Of a stretch of 64,000 nucleotides of DNA, positions 28,716 to 42,924 are shown piece by piece. Positions within the stretch are counted from its first letter, which is position 1, and each line of letters begins with the position of its first letter. The DNA is from Cycloclasticus sp. symbiont of Bathymodiolus heckerae (lineage in GTDB: Bacteria; Pseudomonadota; Gammaproteobacteria; Methylococcales; Cycloclasticaceae). The position numbers and the translations under genes are program-made. Below the pieces are notes generated by a model. That model was not told the origin of the DNA. It saw only the letters and a list, made by a program, of their open reading frames with translations, and did not search any database. The stretch covers positions 27,432 to 91,431 of the forward strand of contig LWTL01000117.1 in assembly GCA_002101235.1 (NCBI GenBank). Direction: 5' to 3'.

Positions 28716-29261
28716 ATGCCAGAAGATAAAAATAAACACTTGCGTTCAGATGATGATTCTCAATTATTTAGGGAATCCATTGGTGAAGTAAAAGTCTTAC
28801 GTAATAACAAAAGTGACCCTCTTAGCGTAAAACCTAAACCGAAACCCGTAAAAAAAGATTTTCAACTAACCTTGCCCCCTACAACTTTCCATCAGCCTAC
28901 AAATAGCATTCAAAGCGATGACCTTTTGTTTTTTTCTCGTGATGGCATTCAGCATAAAACAATCAAGCGATTAAAACGCGGTGCAATTTCTATTGATGAA
29001 AAATTAGATTTACACGGCCTTACTGCGCAACAAGCATCACAGTATTTAACAACCTTTTTAGCCGAACAGATAATTCAAAAAAGTCGCTGCGTTTTAGTCG
29101 TCCATGGAAAAGGTATCGGCTCAGCTAACCAACAACCCGTTCTGAAAAACCTTGCGTTTAATTTCTTGAAAAACGAGTCATCGGTATTAGCTTTAACATC
29201 TGCTCAGCAACGTGATGGCGGAACAGGGGCTCTGTATGTACTGCTTAAAAAGAGCAACTAA
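28716..29261 (+). CDS. Smr/MutS2 C-terminal domain protein (SmrA-like)
   Basis: LDLHGLT, VVHGKG and RDGGTGALYVLLK. Confidence 0.92.
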   Translation: MPEDKNKHLRSDDDSQLFRESIGEVKVLRNNKSDPLSVKPKPKPVKKDFQLTLPPTTFHQPTNSIQSDDLLFFSRDGIQHKTIKRLKRGAISIDEKLDLHGLTAQQASQYLTTFLAEQIIQKSRCVLVVHGKGIGSANQQPVLKNLAFNFLKNESSVLALTSAQQRDGGTGALYVLLKKSN

Positions 29262-29263
29262 TA

Positions 29264-30064
29264 TTAAACAAAATACCAATACAACAAAAAAGCACCTAAT
29301 AATAGTCGATAAATAACGAACGGTAACATACCGACTCTCTCAAGCATTCTTAGGAATACAGAAATACAAGCAAAGGCACTTAATGCTGAGATAACGACAC
29401 CTAAAATAATAGCAAACCAATCTATTGCTATTGCGCTATTTGCTAACTCAATCGATTTCAAAGAACCTGCTAAAAAAATAAGCGGTACGGATAGTAGAAA
29501 GGAAAACCGTGCGGCTGCCTCCCTTGTTAACCCCAGTATTAAACCAGCCGTCATCGTAATGCCTGAGCGGGATGTGCCAGGAATTAGCGCCACTACTTGA
29601 TAAAGGCCAATCGTAATTACTGCTTTAACAGTTAAACCCTGCTCATCTTTATGATGCGTACCTGTTACATCGGCCCACCAAAGTAGCAAGCCGAATACAA
29701 TCGTTGATATGGCAATAATTAATGGTGACCTTAAGTATATTTCTATCAGCTCGCCTGCAAACAGGCCGACTAAACCAACTGGTATAGTTCCAATAATAAC
29801 CAACCATGCTAAACGGCTATCCGGTGAATGCTGTTGATTAAAAGCTGATGCGAACCAGCCCGTTATTAATCTAGACAAGTCTTTCCTGAAATAACTAACA
29901 ACTGCTATTAACGTGCCGACGTGTACAGCCACATCAAACGCTAAACCTTGGTCTTCCCAACCTAATAATAACGGTAACAATATCAAGTGCGCTGAACTTG
30001 ATATGGGTAGAAATTCGGTTAATCCTTGTAGTAAGCCTAAGCCTAAAATTTGTTCAAAATCCAT
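29264..30064 (-). CDS. uppP: Undecaprenyl-diphosphate phosphatase
   Basis: QGLTEFLPISSSAH, PGTSRSG and AARFSFLLS. Confidence 0.96.
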   Translation of the reverse strand: MDFEQILGLGLLQGLTEFLPISSSAHLILLPLLLGWEDQGLAFDVAVHVGTLIAVVSYFRKDLSRLITGWFASAFNQQHSPDSRLAWLVIIGTIPVGLVGLFAGELIEIYLRSPLIIAISTIVFGLLLWWADVTGTHHKDEQGLTVKAVITIGLYQVVALIPGTSRSGITMTAGLILGLTREAAARFSFLLSVPLIFLAGSLKSIELANSAIAIDWFAIILGVVISALSAFACISVFLRMLERVGMLPFVIYRLLLGAFLLYWYFV

Positions 30065-30072
30065 TTTTATAT

Positions 30073-31134
30073 CTAGCCTAAACGACTTGTCGTTGCTCGA
30101 AGCAATTCGCGAACAACAGCCGTGGCATAACTACCTGATTGTAATTTAAATGTTAACTCAATTTTATCATTCGTCAGCCACTGAAGCATAAAATCATGCG
30201 GCACAACGCGTAAAGCACGACGAGAAAACTCCACTTTATACTTCATTAATGCTTCGCAAAAAATAGGGTTATTTGTAAAAACAGCCTGTTCAATCTCATA
30301 CGCATCTTTGCTGACTGACTCCTCACCAGAACCAAAAAGCGGGCCCGATGGGTGAATATCATGCTCATCTAAACGCTCTACACAATCACTGGATACTACA
30401 TCTTCGTGAAAAAACTGACGCGTTCCATCCAGCATAAAAGCATCACCTGTTTCCGCTTTATTCCATGTTTCCTGCTTGACCCTTTGCGCTAATACTTTAT
30501 TGAATAAAAAAGACCTTACTGATGATAAAAACAAACCCCTTAGCTTTCTATTTTTGATCTTTTTACCAGAAGCAAAAAGTTCTTCCGCACGGCTTAAATT
30601 CTGACATTTATAACCAAAACGTTGCTCCATAAAGTAGTTAGGAACCCCTTGCATCTTTATGCGCTCTGCTCGTTGTTTAACTAACTCTGTATCAACATCT
30701 AATTGCGATAATATGATTTTAAATTCATTAAATTTTATCGCACCTCGCTTTAATTTCTTCAGATGGCGAGTAATATGCTCAATTTTAAAGGCATCATTAT
30801 CAAGTAGGTGCCAATCAGGACCTTTTTTGCCAGGCAATTGGACACTAAACCATTGTTTTGTCACAGCTGTCCTGTCCTTCATACCAGCATATGAAACAGA
30901 ACGTCTTGGCACATCGGCATGAACGGCTAATATTTTTGCAACTTCATCGGTATTAAGCCCTGTTTTTTTTATGTATAAAAAAACATGCTCTCCCTCTCCT
31001 GAGGGTTCAAAGGATAAAGTTTCATTAACAATAAAGTCATCCGGACTCTCTTTTATTACGCCTACACCTGCTGCAATACCGCCATGAGCATAAGGAAGCT
31101 CATCAACGTGACGTTCATAGTTGATAGATGGCAT
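30073..31134 (-). CDS. truD: tRNA pseudouridine(13) synthase
   Basis: DFIVNE, SYAGMKDRTAVTKQW, PNYFMEQRFG and F.L.SGSYAT. Confidence 0.95.
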   Translation of the reverse strand: MPSINYERHVDELPYAHGGIAAGVGVIKESPDDFIVNETLSFEPSGEGEHVFLYIKKTGLNTDEVAKILAVHADVPRRSVSYAGMKDRTAVTKQWFSVQLPGKKGPDWHLLDNDAFKIEHITRHLKKLKRGAIKFNEFKIILSQLDVDTELVKQRAERIKMQGVPNYFMEQRFGYKCQNLSRAEELFASGKKIKNRKLRGLFLSSVRSFLFNKVLAQRVKQETWNKAETGDAFMLDGTRQFFHEDVVSSDCVERLDEHDIHPSGPLFGSGEESVSKDAYEIEQAVFTNNPIFCEALMKYKVEFSRRALRVVPHDFMLQWLTNDKIELTFKLQSGSYATAVVRELLRATTSRLG

Positions 31135-31139
31135 TAAAT

Positions 31140-31616
31140 CTATGAGTTTTCTTTTAAAAGAACAACAGCATGAACTTCTATACCCTCTTTACGTCCAGCA
31201 AAGCCCATACCCTCTGTCGTCGTTGCTTTAATATTAATTTGCGCCGCATCAGCGTTTAAGTCCGTCGAAATTTTTAAGGCCATTTCAGGCAAATATGACG
31301 CTAATTTTGGTGCTTGAGCAATAATAGTTAGATCAACATTTCCTATTTGATAGCCTGCTTGTTGAACCAAATTAAAAACTTCTCTTAATAAAATACGGCT
31401 ATCTACATTAGCGTATTCATCACTCGTATCAGGAAAGTGCTGCCCGATATCGCCTTTTCCAATCGCCCCTAATAAGGCATCGCATAATGCGTGAAGAACA
31501 ACATCACCATCGGAATGCGCCAATAATCCAAACTGGTGTTCTATTCCAACGCCGCCTAATACTAATCGTTTTCCTTTTTCAAAACGATGCGCATCGTAAC
31601 CGTGGCCTATTCTCAT
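31140..31616 (-). CDS. ispF: 2-C-methyl-D-erythritol 2,4-cyclodiphosphate synthase
   Basis: MRIGHGYDAH, HSDGDV and KATTTEGMGF. Confidence 0.97.
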   Translation of the reverse strand: MRIGHGYDAHRFEKGKRLVLGGVGIEHQFGLLAHSDGDVVLHALCDALLGAIGKGDIGQHFPDTSDEYANVDSRILLREVFNLVQQAGYQIGNVDLTIIAQAPKLASYLPEMALKISTDLNADAAQINIKATTTEGMGFAGRKEGIEVHAVVLLKENS

Positions 31617-32323
31617 TTATTATCCCCCTGTTGCGCGATGTAGTATTTAGCCAAATTTAAATCAGCAGGCGTTGTTATTTTTATATTGTCTGCGCGGCCT
31701 TCAACGAGCTGAACTGCCTTATTCAAATGTTCGATAGCGCTCGCTTCATCGGTAATATGCTTTCCAGATTTCTTCGCTGCAACTAAAGCAACTTCTAGCT
31801 CTTCCAACTTAAAAATTTGCGGCGTTAAAGCACGCCACAATTGAGACCTATCAAGCGTTTCTGTAGAAAGCTCGCCATCACTTTTCTTAACCGTATCGTG
31901 TATAGGAGCAGCTAAAATAGCGCCTAATTGACTGCTCTGAGCTTTATCAATTAATAGCTCAATATCTTTTTGGGTCACACATGGCCTAGCAGCATCGTGG
32001 ACAAGCAGCCAATCGCTAGCACTCGCATATTGCTTTATGCGATTAATGCCATTCAGCACAGTATCTGAGCGTTCTTCCCCGCCAACCGTTGTGGTCACTT
32101 TTGGATGATTAACGAATATTGAATGCTGCCAATAAGCATCATCAGTATTAATACAAACAACAATTTTTTCAATCTTGGGGGAAGATAATAGCCTAGTTAG
32201 CGTGGCATCTAAGATCGTTATCTTACCTAAATTCAGATACTGTTTAGGGCAGCCCGCCTGCATCCTTGACCCAACACCTGCCGCAGGAACAACACACCAA
32301 ATTTTCTCAGTTTTGTTCTGCAT
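31613..32323 (-). CDS. ispD: 2-C-methyl-D-erythritol 4-phosphate cytidylyltransferase
   Basis: AAGVGSRM..PKQY, LVHDAARP, TPQIF and KITTPADL. Start moved to the ATG at 32323. Confidence 0.96.
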   Translation of the reverse strand: MQNKTEKIWCVVPAAGVGSRMQAGCPKQYLNLGKITILDATLTRLLSSPKIEKIVVCINTDDAYWQHSIFVNHPKVTTTVGGEERSDTVLNGINRIKQYASASDWLLVHDAARPCVTQKDIELLIDKAQSSQLGAILAAPIHDTVKKSDGELSTETLDRSQLWRALTPQIFKLEELEVALVAAKKSGKHITDEASAIEHLNKAVQLVEGRADNIKITTPADLNLAKYYIAQQGDNK

Positions 32324-32597
32324 TATCCGGCTCAATATATTGAAAGAATGTTTCACCCTTACCAACAAAACCTAACTCACGACGAGCCTTTTCTTCGATA
32401 ACCTCTAACCCGCTTTTAAGGTTCGTCACTTCCGCTTGTAGAACATTATTGCGCTGCATGAGCATCGCATTGTTTTCTTTAAGTTTATTAATTCTTTGTT
32501 CTAACTGCCATGAGTCTTGAGCTTTCCCTTCAGCTACCCACAATTTATATTGTAGATAGCCAAAGAGAGCAATCAATATGACAAGAAAAAATTTCAA
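32307..32597 (-). CDS. ftsB: Cell division protein FtsB
   Basis: TM segment plus coiled coil, IEEKARRELG..GETF; lies between eno and ispD. Confidence 0.93.
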   Translation of the reverse strand: MKFFLVILIALFGYLQYKLWVAEGKAQDSWQLEQRINKLKENNAMLMQRNNVLQAEVTNLKSGLEVIEEKARRELGFVGKGETFFQYIEPDNAEQN

Positions 32598-32598
32598 G

Positions 32599-33894
<1,296 letters not shown>

Positions 33895-33925
33895 TTAATA
33901 TGTTTTTTATCTAAAACGCAGTGCT

Positions 33926-34759
33926 TTAAAATTGATTTTCGAGAAAACCCGTTTGCTTTACTGCGTCATCAATTGTTTTCATGATAGTGAGCAACTCTTT
34001 CATTTTTCCTAGCGGGACTGAGTTAGGGCCGTCACTCAATGCCTCTTCTGGGTTCGGGTGTGTTTCCATGAAAACACCGGATACGCCTGCCGCTATAGCC
34101 GCTCTCGCTAAGGTAGGTACAAACTCGCGTTGCCCACCTGATGTAGCGCCTTGACCGCCTGGGAGTTGAACCGAATGCGTTGCATCAAAGACTACAGGGG
34201 CGTTTGTTTCACGCATGATGGCTAATGAGCGCATGTCTGATACGAGGTTGTTATAACCAAAAGAGACACCTCTTTCACAAACCATAATGTTTTTATTGCC
34301 TGTAGAACGGGCTTTATCAACCACGTGTTTCATATCCCACGGCGCTAAAAATTGACCTTTTTTAATATTAACGGGTAACCCAGTTTCGGCAACACGTGTG
34401 ATGTAATTTGTTTGGCGACATAAGAAGGCCGGCGTTTGTAACACATCGACAACAGATGCTACTTCGTCCATAGGCGTATCTTCATGTACATCGGTAATAA
34501 CCGGCAGACCTAACTGGTCTTTAACGGCTTGTAAAACTCTTAAGCCTTCTTCCATACCTGGGCCTCTAAAACTATCGATAGAAGAACGGTTAGCTTTATC
34601 AAAAGAGGATTTATAAATGAATGGAATACCCAACTCATTTGTCATTTCCTGTAGTGCGCCAGCTGTATCAATGGTCATCTGCTCACTTTCAACCACGCAA
34701 GTTCCCGCAATTAAAAAGAACGGCTGATCTATGCCCGCATCAAATCCACATAATTTCAT
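33926..34759 (-). CDS. kdsA: KDO 8-phosphate synthase
   Basis: [19 protein letters not shown] and [11 protein letters not shown]. Confidence 0.97.
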   Translation of the reverse strand: MKLCGFDAGIDQPFFLIAGTCVVESEQMTIDTAGALQEMTNELGIPFIYKSSFDKANRSSIDSFRGPGMEEGLRVLQAVKDQLGLPVITDVHEDTPMDEVASVVDVLQTPAFLCRQTNYITRVAETGLPVNIKKGQFLAPWDMKHVVDKARSTGNKNIMVCERGVSFGYNNLVSDMRSLAIMRETNAPVVFDATHSVQLPGGQGATSGGQREFVPTLARAAIAAGVSGVFMETHPNPEEALSDGPNSVPLGKMKELLTIMKTIDDAVKQTGFLENQF

Positions 34760-34761
34760 AT

Positions 34762-36408
<1,647 letters not shown>

Positions 36409-36490
36409 CTATGGAATCGAACGTTGAATTTTGGATATTATACGCGAATCATCTTGTCAATTTGCACCCACTCTTGATAAATAAAATTGT

Positions 36491-37816
36491 TTATTGAATA
36501 CGTAAATCCGGATGATTCCACTGAGGCAGATAACCTTTTTCACCTTCCATCACTAAATAATTTTCATCTACCCAAAGGTCTGCAACTGCTACAAGTTGCC
36601 CATCTAGATATATCAAAGGGATAATATTTCTTACCCAAGGAAAAATTTTATTTTCATAAAGTAGTTTTTTTAATTTCTTATGGCCTAAACGACCTGCCAC
36701 TTTCAAACTCTCTCCGCCTTGCCTGCAACGAATGGAAATACGAGATGATTCCCATAATTCCTTATCGATACCTGCACCTGTTACTTCAATAAACGATAGA
36801 TCACCCATGCACGCTGGCAACATTACTTTATTTCCAATCCAATCAATAAAGGGGAAAGCTTCAATCTCTTGTGTCACTATAAAAAAACATGCATCAAATA
36901 GCCTAAGCTGCTGATCACCCAGCTTAATACATGCCGACTTAACCAATGGCTGCACTACCAATCGTTGGATTTCTTCCAGCACTTTTTCTGACGGCATTCG
37001 TATCTTATGATCAGCTAGCCATTGCCGTATGACCAAACGCTGAGTCTCATCATTGAGTGTTACTAATAAGGACAACTCCAATTTATCCACCAGCGCATCT
37101 TGTAATAACGTACTCGCAAGATCAGTCAATATTGTTGACGCTTCCGCACAATGCGCTGCAGACCGAGAGGTTGTTTTAGAAAAGGCGGGCCAACGTTGTT
37201 TTATAAGTGGAATAACGCTCTGGCGTAAGAAATTACGATCGTAAGAAACATCTAAGTTACTGGGGTCTTCTACCCAACTAAGAGTATGAGTTGCCGCATA
37301 ATCTGAAATAGATTGCTTGCTACAGTCTAAAAAAGGCCGCAATAAATAACCGCCTTCAAACTTACTGAGTAATGGCATGCTCGACAAACCTTTCACGCCT
37401 GAACCCCGTAGCAATTGGAGTAAAAGCGTTTCCGCTTGATCGTCCTGATGTTGCGCCGTTAATAACAGTGTTTGCTTGTCGATATATTTAGATAACGCCT
37501 TATATCGAGCAAGACGAGCAGCTTGCTCAGGTCCATCACCATTAATGTCTTTTGCAAAAACCTTTTGAGAAATATACTCAATATCCAGTTTTAAGGCGAC
37601 TTGTTTGCAATGAGCCGACCAACGGGATGAGTTTTCATGCAATCCATGATCGATATAAACAGCCTGAAAGGTAATGTCTTTTAGCTGTGGTCTTAGCTGC
37701 GCACAAATATGAAGCAGTACATGAGAGTCTACGCCGCCACTATAGGCAACCACAACATGGTTTATAGCTGGAACGGATCTAATATGCTGTTCAACGCAAG
37801 AAACAAGCTTATTCAA
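36491..37816 (-). CDS. tilS: tRNA(Ile)-lysidine synthetase
   Basis: AYSGGVDS, TAQHQDDQAET and DPSN....DRNFLR. Confidence 0.95.
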   Translation of the reverse strand: MNKLVSCVEQHIRSVPAINHVVVAYSGGVDSHVLLHICAQLRPQLKDITFQAVYIDHGLHENSSRWSAHCKQVALKLDIEYISQKVFAKDINGDGPEQAARLARYKALSKYIDKQTLLLTAQHQDDQAETLLLQLLRGSGVKGLSSMPLLSKFEGGYLLRPFLDCSKQSISDYAATHTLSWVEDPSNLDVSYDRNFLRQSVIPLIKQRWPAFSKTTSRSAAHCAEASTILTDLASTLLQDALVDKLELSLLVTLNDETQRLVIRQWLADHKIRMPSEKVLEEIQRLVVQPLVKSACIKLGDQQLRLFDACFFIVTQEIEAFPFIDWIGNKVMLPACMGDLSFIEVTGAGIDKELWESSRISIRCRQGGESLKVAGRLGHKKLKKLLYENKIFPWVRNIIPLIYLDGQLVAVADLWVDENYLVMEGEKGYLPQWNHPDLRIQ

Positions 37817-37855
37817 AACGCACTCCCACTGTATCCACAGTAGGCTTATAGAACA

Positions 37856-38815
37856 TTATTCTTCTGTGAACTTCCCATAACTCATCAAACGCTCGTAGCG
37901 TTCTGACAATAAGTCATCCATGGGTTTTGCGTTAAGCGCCTTAACTTCTTTAAGTAGCGTTTCTTTTATTTTCGCTTTCATAAAGGACAAGTCTCGGTGA
38001 GCCCCACCTAATGGTTCATCAATCACTCCATCAATTAAGCCATTGTTTAACAACTTACTTGATGTAATTGCCATCGCTTCAGCCGCTTGTGATGCTTTTT
38101 CTGCACTTTTCCATAAAATAGAAGCGCAACCTTCTGGGGAAATAACTGAATAAGTACTGTATTTCAATAAAAATAATTTATCGCAGACACCTAGCGCCAA
38201 TGCACCACCTGAACCACCTTCCCCAATAACAATACTAATAATAGGTGTTTTAAGTTTAGACATTTCAAATAAATTACGCGCAATCGCTTCACTTTGGCCG
38301 CGCTCTTCTGCACCAACACCGGGGTAAGCTCCTGGGGTATCAATAAACGTAATAATCGGTAAGTTAAAGCGCTCAGCCATGTGCATTAAGCGTAAAGCTT
38401 TTCTATAGCCTTCAGGGCGAGGCATGCCAAAATTACGTTTTAGCTTTTCCTTTGTGTCACGACCTTTTTGATGCCCAATAACCATTACTGGCAAGCCATC
38501 AAGACGAGCCATGCCGCCAACAATAGCCGCATCATCGGCATAATGTCTATCACCATGAAGCTCAACAAAACCTTCAACGACGCCATCAATATAATCCAGG
38601 GAATAAGGACGCTTAGGGTGTCGTGATAATTTAGATATTTGCCAATCGGTGAGCTTTGAAAAAATTGACTCTGTAAGAGAAAGGCTTTTCTCTCGCATTC
38701 TATCAATCTCTTTTTTGATATCAATATCATTATCCGCGCCTACTCGACGAAGCTCTTCCAACTTCTCTTCCAGCTCAACAATGGGTTGTTCAAAATCTAA
38801 ATAGTCTAAGTTCAT
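37856..38815 (-). CDS. accA: Acetyl-CoA carboxylase carboxyltransferase alpha subunit
   Basis: [10 protein letters not shown] and [10 protein letters not shown]. Confidence 0.97.
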   Translation of the reverse strand: MNLDYLDFEQPIVELEEKLEELRRVGADNDIDIKKEIDRMREKSLSLTESIFSKLTDWQISKLSRHPKRPYSLDYIDGVVEGFVELHGDRHYADDAAIVGGMARLDGLPVMVIGHQKGRDTKEKLKRNFGMPRPEGYRKALRLMHMAERFNLPIITFIDTPGAYPGVGAEERGQSEAIARNLFEMSKLKTPIISIVIGEGGSGGALALGVCDKLFLLKYSTYSVISPEGCASILWKSAEKASQAAEAMAITSSKLLNNGLIDGVIDEPLGGAHRDLSFMKAKIKETLLKEVKALNAKPMDDLLSERYERLMSYGKFTEE

Positions 38816-38857
38816 GTTTGTATTTTATCGCGTGTCGTCTTAATCAGCCAGCAATAT

Positions 38858-41800
38858 TCAATAACGAATAAAACTTTGCTGTTCGGGTAATATTTTCTTG
38901 AGCCCTTCTAGTAATTCATCAGAAGGCGCAACATGCCAATTTTCAGCTAATTTTAATGCTGAAGAGGCCCCTTTGAGCGTTAACTTTATTTTCACGGGAC
39001 AACTCCCTCCCCGGAAATCATTCAATAATTTTTGTAATTGGCTTATTTGGTGTTCATTCACTGTTACTGCGGTGCCTAATTCAATCAATAAGTCTTTTAA
39101 AAATCTTGCGCGAGCTTGCTCTACGCTCATAACATGTTCAATTCTAATTCTGTTTTGACCGGCAAAATCGTCAAACGAAATAGCACCTTCAATTACAACA
39201 ATTTGGTCGTTTGCTAATTGCTCACTGTAGTTATCAAAAACCTCGCTATATGCGACTGCTTCCATACGCGCGCTGCCGTCGTCTAAAACAACGGTCGCTA
39301 TTTTAGACCCGCTTTTTGTGGGCCTTGTTCTTACCTCAAGCACCAAACCAGCCACAGTAACAGGCTTACCTTTTGCTCGACGATATTGCCCACCCCCCGG
39401 CGAACCTAATTCCATATCGTGCAAACTTGATAGTTTCCCTGAGACAATCGACAGCATTTCTTCTTTTACAGAATCATACGGATGCCCTGTTAAATATAAG
39501 CCCAAAGTGATTTTTTCTGCTCTTAAACGCTCGTGTTCCGTCCAAGGCTCAACATTAAGCTGTTTATGCGGCGATGACGACTCACTAACGCTCAAGCCAA
39601 ACAGATCGTCCTGTCCAGCCGAGATGGACTTGTTATGCTGCTCTGCTACTTGCAAAACTTCAGGAAGCGCCTCCATTAAGTTTGCGCGATTATCATCAAA
39701 ACAATCTAATGCTCCTGATTTAATAAGAGCTTCTTGAACACGCTTATTCGCTTTTCTTAAGTCAATACGTCTTGCCAAGTCTTCGTGGTCCCTATAATCG
39801 ACTCCATTCCCTCTTTGCTCAATAATAGATTCAATTGCTGCCTCACCAACTCCTTTTATAGCACCTAAACCGTAGATGATTTGGCCCGTTTTATTTGTTG
39901 TAAAACGATACGCTGAGTTATTAACGTCAGGTGGCAGAATGTCTAGACCCATCTCGCGACATTCATCAATAAATAGGACGACTTTATCGGTGTTATCCAT
40001 ATCTGACGACAAGACAGCCGCCATGAATTCAGAAGGGTAATGTGCTTTCAACCATGCTGTTTGATAAGCAATAAGCGCGTATGCCGCTGAGTGTGATTTA
40101 TTAAAACCATAGCCGGCAAACTTTTCCATTAAGTCAAAAATGTACGTGGCGACACTTTCTTCTACACCATTAGCAATAGCCCCGGTAGTAAACATTTCAC
40201 GCTGTTTCGCCATTTCTTCAGCCTTTTTCTTACCCATAGCTCGGCGTAACAAATCAGCCGTACCCAAACTATAACCGGCCAAGTCTTGAGCAATTTGCAT
40301 AACTTGCTCTTGATACAAGATAACGCCATTGGTCGGCTCTAATATGGGTATTAACGTCGGATGCGCATATTCTGCTTTTTTCCTGCCGTGCTTAACATTG
40401 ATATAGTCGTCCACCATTCCCGATTGCAATGGCCCTGGTCTAAATAACGCCACTAAAGCGATCACATCTTCAAATGTATCCGGTCGTAAACGACGGATAA
40501 GGTCTTTCATTCCTCTCGATTCAAGCTGAAAAACGGCCGTTGTTTCATAGCTTTTTAATAGCTCGTAAGTCGCCTCATCATCGCGTGGCAACAAATCAAT
40601 ATTAACCGGCTCTTCACCTTTTTCTTTAAGTCCCTGGTTAATATTTTGTAACGCCCAATCAATAATAGTGAGTGTTCGAAGCCCTAGGAAATCGAACTTA
40701 ACCAAACCAACAGCTTCGATATCATCCTTATCAAATTGCGTCACCAAATTAGCCCCGCCTTCTTCACAATATAGCGGTGAAAAGTCAGTTAATTTACTGG
40801 GCGATATAACTACACCGCCGGCATGCTTGCCCGCATTTCGGGCAATACCTTCAAGCATCAAGGCTAAATCTATAAGCTCCCTTACTTCATCTTCTTCTTT
40901 ATATGCTGCCAGTAAGTCAGGGCTTTCATCCAACGCCTTTGTCAGCGTCATGCCTATTTCAAAGGGAATCGCTTTTGCCAAACGGTCAACAAATCCATAA
41001 GGGTGGCCCAATACACGACCCACATCTCGAATAACCGCTTTTGCTGCCATACTGCCGTAAGTAATAATTTGCGATACTTTGTCTCGGCCATATTTTTGGC
41101 CCACGTAGTCGATAACTCTATCGCGCCCATCCATACAAAAATCGACATCGAAATCGGGCATGGATACCCGTTCTGGATTAAGAAACCGCTCAAATAAAAG
41201 GTCAAATTCAAGAGGATCTAAGTCTGTAATTCTTAACGCATAAGCAACAATTGAACCTGCGCCAGAGCCACGCCCTGGACCCACCGGCACATCATTATCT
41301 TTAGCCCATTGAATAAAATCCGCAACAATCAAAAAATAACCGGGAAAACCCATCTGGCAAATAACGTCTAACTCACGTTTTAATCGCGCTTGATATTCTG
41401 CAACCTTCTCATCATCAAAACTTATACGATGTGACGTTTCCTCAATACGTTTTTCTAGGCCTTTCTGCGACAAATCTATGAAATATTCGTCGGTTGTCAT
41501 TCCTTCCGTTACCGGAAAATCAGGTAAAAAGTTTTTACCTAAACTTAATTCAATATTGCATCGCTTGGCAATTTCAACTGTATTCTCAATAGCTTCTGGC
41601 AAGTCAGAAAACAAGTCCAACATTTCCTCTTGTGTCTTTAAATACTGCTGCTCTGTGTGCGTTTGTATTCGCCGCGTGTCTGACAAAACACGACCTTGAT
41701 TTATACACACACGCGCCTCATGTGCATTGAATTCATTTTTTGTTAAAAAACATGAGCTATTGGTAGCCACTACTGGCAAGTGATGTTTTGTAGCTAACTC

Positions 41801-42361
41801 AATAAAACTCGTAATGAGCACCTCTTCACCTACTCGCCCAACACGTTGCACTTCAAGGTAAAAGCGGTCGCCAAACGATTTCTTCCATTTCAATGCGATC
41901 TCTTCTGCCACCATCGCATCGTTGGAATTAAATGCGGGTGCTAACACGCCATCAAGACAACCAGACAATGCAATTAGACCGTCGTTTTTATCGAGAATTT
42001 TTTGAGTTGTAAGGTATGGAACACCCTTAACTTGTCCATTTAAATAAGCCTCCGAAATTAATTCAGACAGCCCCAAGTAGCCTTGTTTGTTTTGAACCAA
42101 TAAGGTCACAATATAAGGTGCTTTCTGGTCAACTGAATCCCTGACTAAAACATCCACTCCTATAATCGGCTTTATGCCTGAACTGATTGCAGCTCGATAA
42201 AACTTAACGGTAGCAAATAAATTTGATTGGTCAGTAACCCCAATTGCCGGCATAGACAATTCAATAGCCTTTTTTACCAACGGTTTAACACGAATAATGC
42301 CGTCAACTAACGAGTACTCTGTATGGTTTCGTAAATGTATAAACTTTACGTCATCACTCAT
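38858..42361 (-). CDS. dnaE: DNA polymerase III alpha subunit
   Basis: PHP domain (HTEYSL.DG), GPGRGSGAGS, SMPDFDVDF and FNKSHSAAY; no intein-sized insertion. Confidence 0.98.
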   Translation of the reverse strand: MSDDVKFIHLRNHTEYSLVDGIIRVKPLVKKAIELSMPAIGVTDQSNLFATVKFYRAAISSGIKPIIGVDVLVRDSVDQKAPYIVTLLVQNKQGYLGLSELISEAYLNGQVKGVPYLTTQKILDKNDGLIALSGCLDGVLAPAFNSNDAMVAEEIALKWKKSFGDRFYLEVQRVGRVGEEVLITSFIELATKHHLPVVATNSSCFLTKNEFNAHEARVCINQGRVLSDTRRIQTHTEQQYLKTQEEMLDLFSDLPEAIENTVEIAKRCNIELSLGKNFLPDFPVTEGMTTDEYFIDLSQKGLEKRIEETSHRISFDDEKVAEYQARLKRELDVICQMGFPGYFLIVADFIQWAKDNDVPVGPGRGSGAGSIVAYALRITDLDPLEFDLLFERFLNPERVSMPDFDVDFCMDGRDRVIDYVGQKYGRDKVSQIITYGSMAAKAVIRDVGRVLGHPYGFVDRLAKAIPFEIGMTLTKALDESPDLLAAYKEEDEVRELIDLALMLEGIARNAGKHAGGVVISPSKLTDFSPLYCEEGGANLVTQFDKDDIEAVGLVKFDFLGLRTLTIIDWALQNINQGLKEKGEEPVNIDLLPRDDEATYELLKSYETTAVFQLESRGMKDLIRRLRPDTFEDVIALVALFRPGPLQSGMVDDYINVKHGRKKAEYAHPTLIPILEPTNGVILYQEQVMQIAQDLAGYSLGTADLLRRAMGKKKAEEMAKQREMFTTGAIANGVEESVATYIFDLMEKFAGYGFNKSHSAAYALIAYQTAWLKAHYPSEFMAAVLSSDMDNTDKVVLFIDECREMGLDILPPDVNNSAYRFTTNKTGQIIYGLGAIKGVGEAAIESIIEQRGNGVDYRDHEDLARRIDLRKANKRVQEALIKSGALDCFDDNRANLMEALPEVLQVAEQHNKSISAGQDDLFGLSVSESSSPHKQLNVEPWTEHERLRAEKITLGLYLTGHPYDSVKEEMLSIVSGKLSSLHDMELGSPGGGQYRRAKGKPVTVAGLVLEVRTRPTKSGSKIATVVLDDGSARMEAVAYSEVFDNYSEQLANDQIVVIEGAISFDDFAGQNRIRIEHVMSVEQARARFLKDLLIELGTAVTVNEHQISQLQKLLNDFRGGSCPVKIKLTLKGASSALKLAENWHVAPSDELLEGLKKILPEQQSFIRY

Positions 42362-42924
42362 ATCAAAACCTTCTTTACTGGTGCAAAAGAACGACGATAG
42401 ATTGACGTCACACCCATAGAGGCAATCTTTTCTTTGTGTGCAACTGTGGGGTACCCCATATGTTGAGCAAGCCCATAACCTGGATTGAGCGCATCTAAAA
42501 TAGCCATATGGTTATCTCGGTATACTTTCGCGATGATTGAAGCCGCAGATATTTCAGCGATCAAGTTGTCACCACCTTTTATGCATTCACCCGGTATATC
42601 AACATCAGGGTAAAACGTACCATCAACCATTGCAAAATCAGCGGTTTCCGTTAATGCATCAAACGCCCTTTTCATCGCCAACAAACTTGCTTGCAATATA
42701 TTAATATCATCAATTTCAGATGCTTCAGCACGACCAATGGACCAGTCTTTAGCTTGTTCCATTATCTTTACTGACAATAAATCTCTTTTTTTCTTCGTTA
42801 ATTTTTTAGAATCAGCTAAACCTTCAATAGGGTTATCGGCATCCAAGATAACAGCCGCCGCAACGACAGGCCCTGCAATACAGCCACGACCTACTTCATC
42901 AAAACCAACAATAAGACGACTCAT
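42358..42924 (-). CDS. rnhB: Ribonuclease HII
   Basis: GFDEVGRG..AGPV, DSKKL and AASIIAKV.RD. Confidence 0.96.
   Translation of the reverse strand: MSRLIVGFDEVGRGCIAGPVVAAAVILDADNPIEGLADSKKLTKKKRDLLSVKIMEQAKDWSIGRAEASEIDDINILQASLLAMKRAFDALTETADFAMVDGTFYPDVDIPGECIKGGDNLIAEISAASIIAKVYRDNHMAILDALNPGYGLAQHMGYPTVAHKEKIASMGVTSIYRRSFAPVKKVLI

Noticed and set aside
38858-42361. Intein or intron in dnaE
   Set aside because: The length (1167 aa) is normal and no splicing motifs or insertion were seen.
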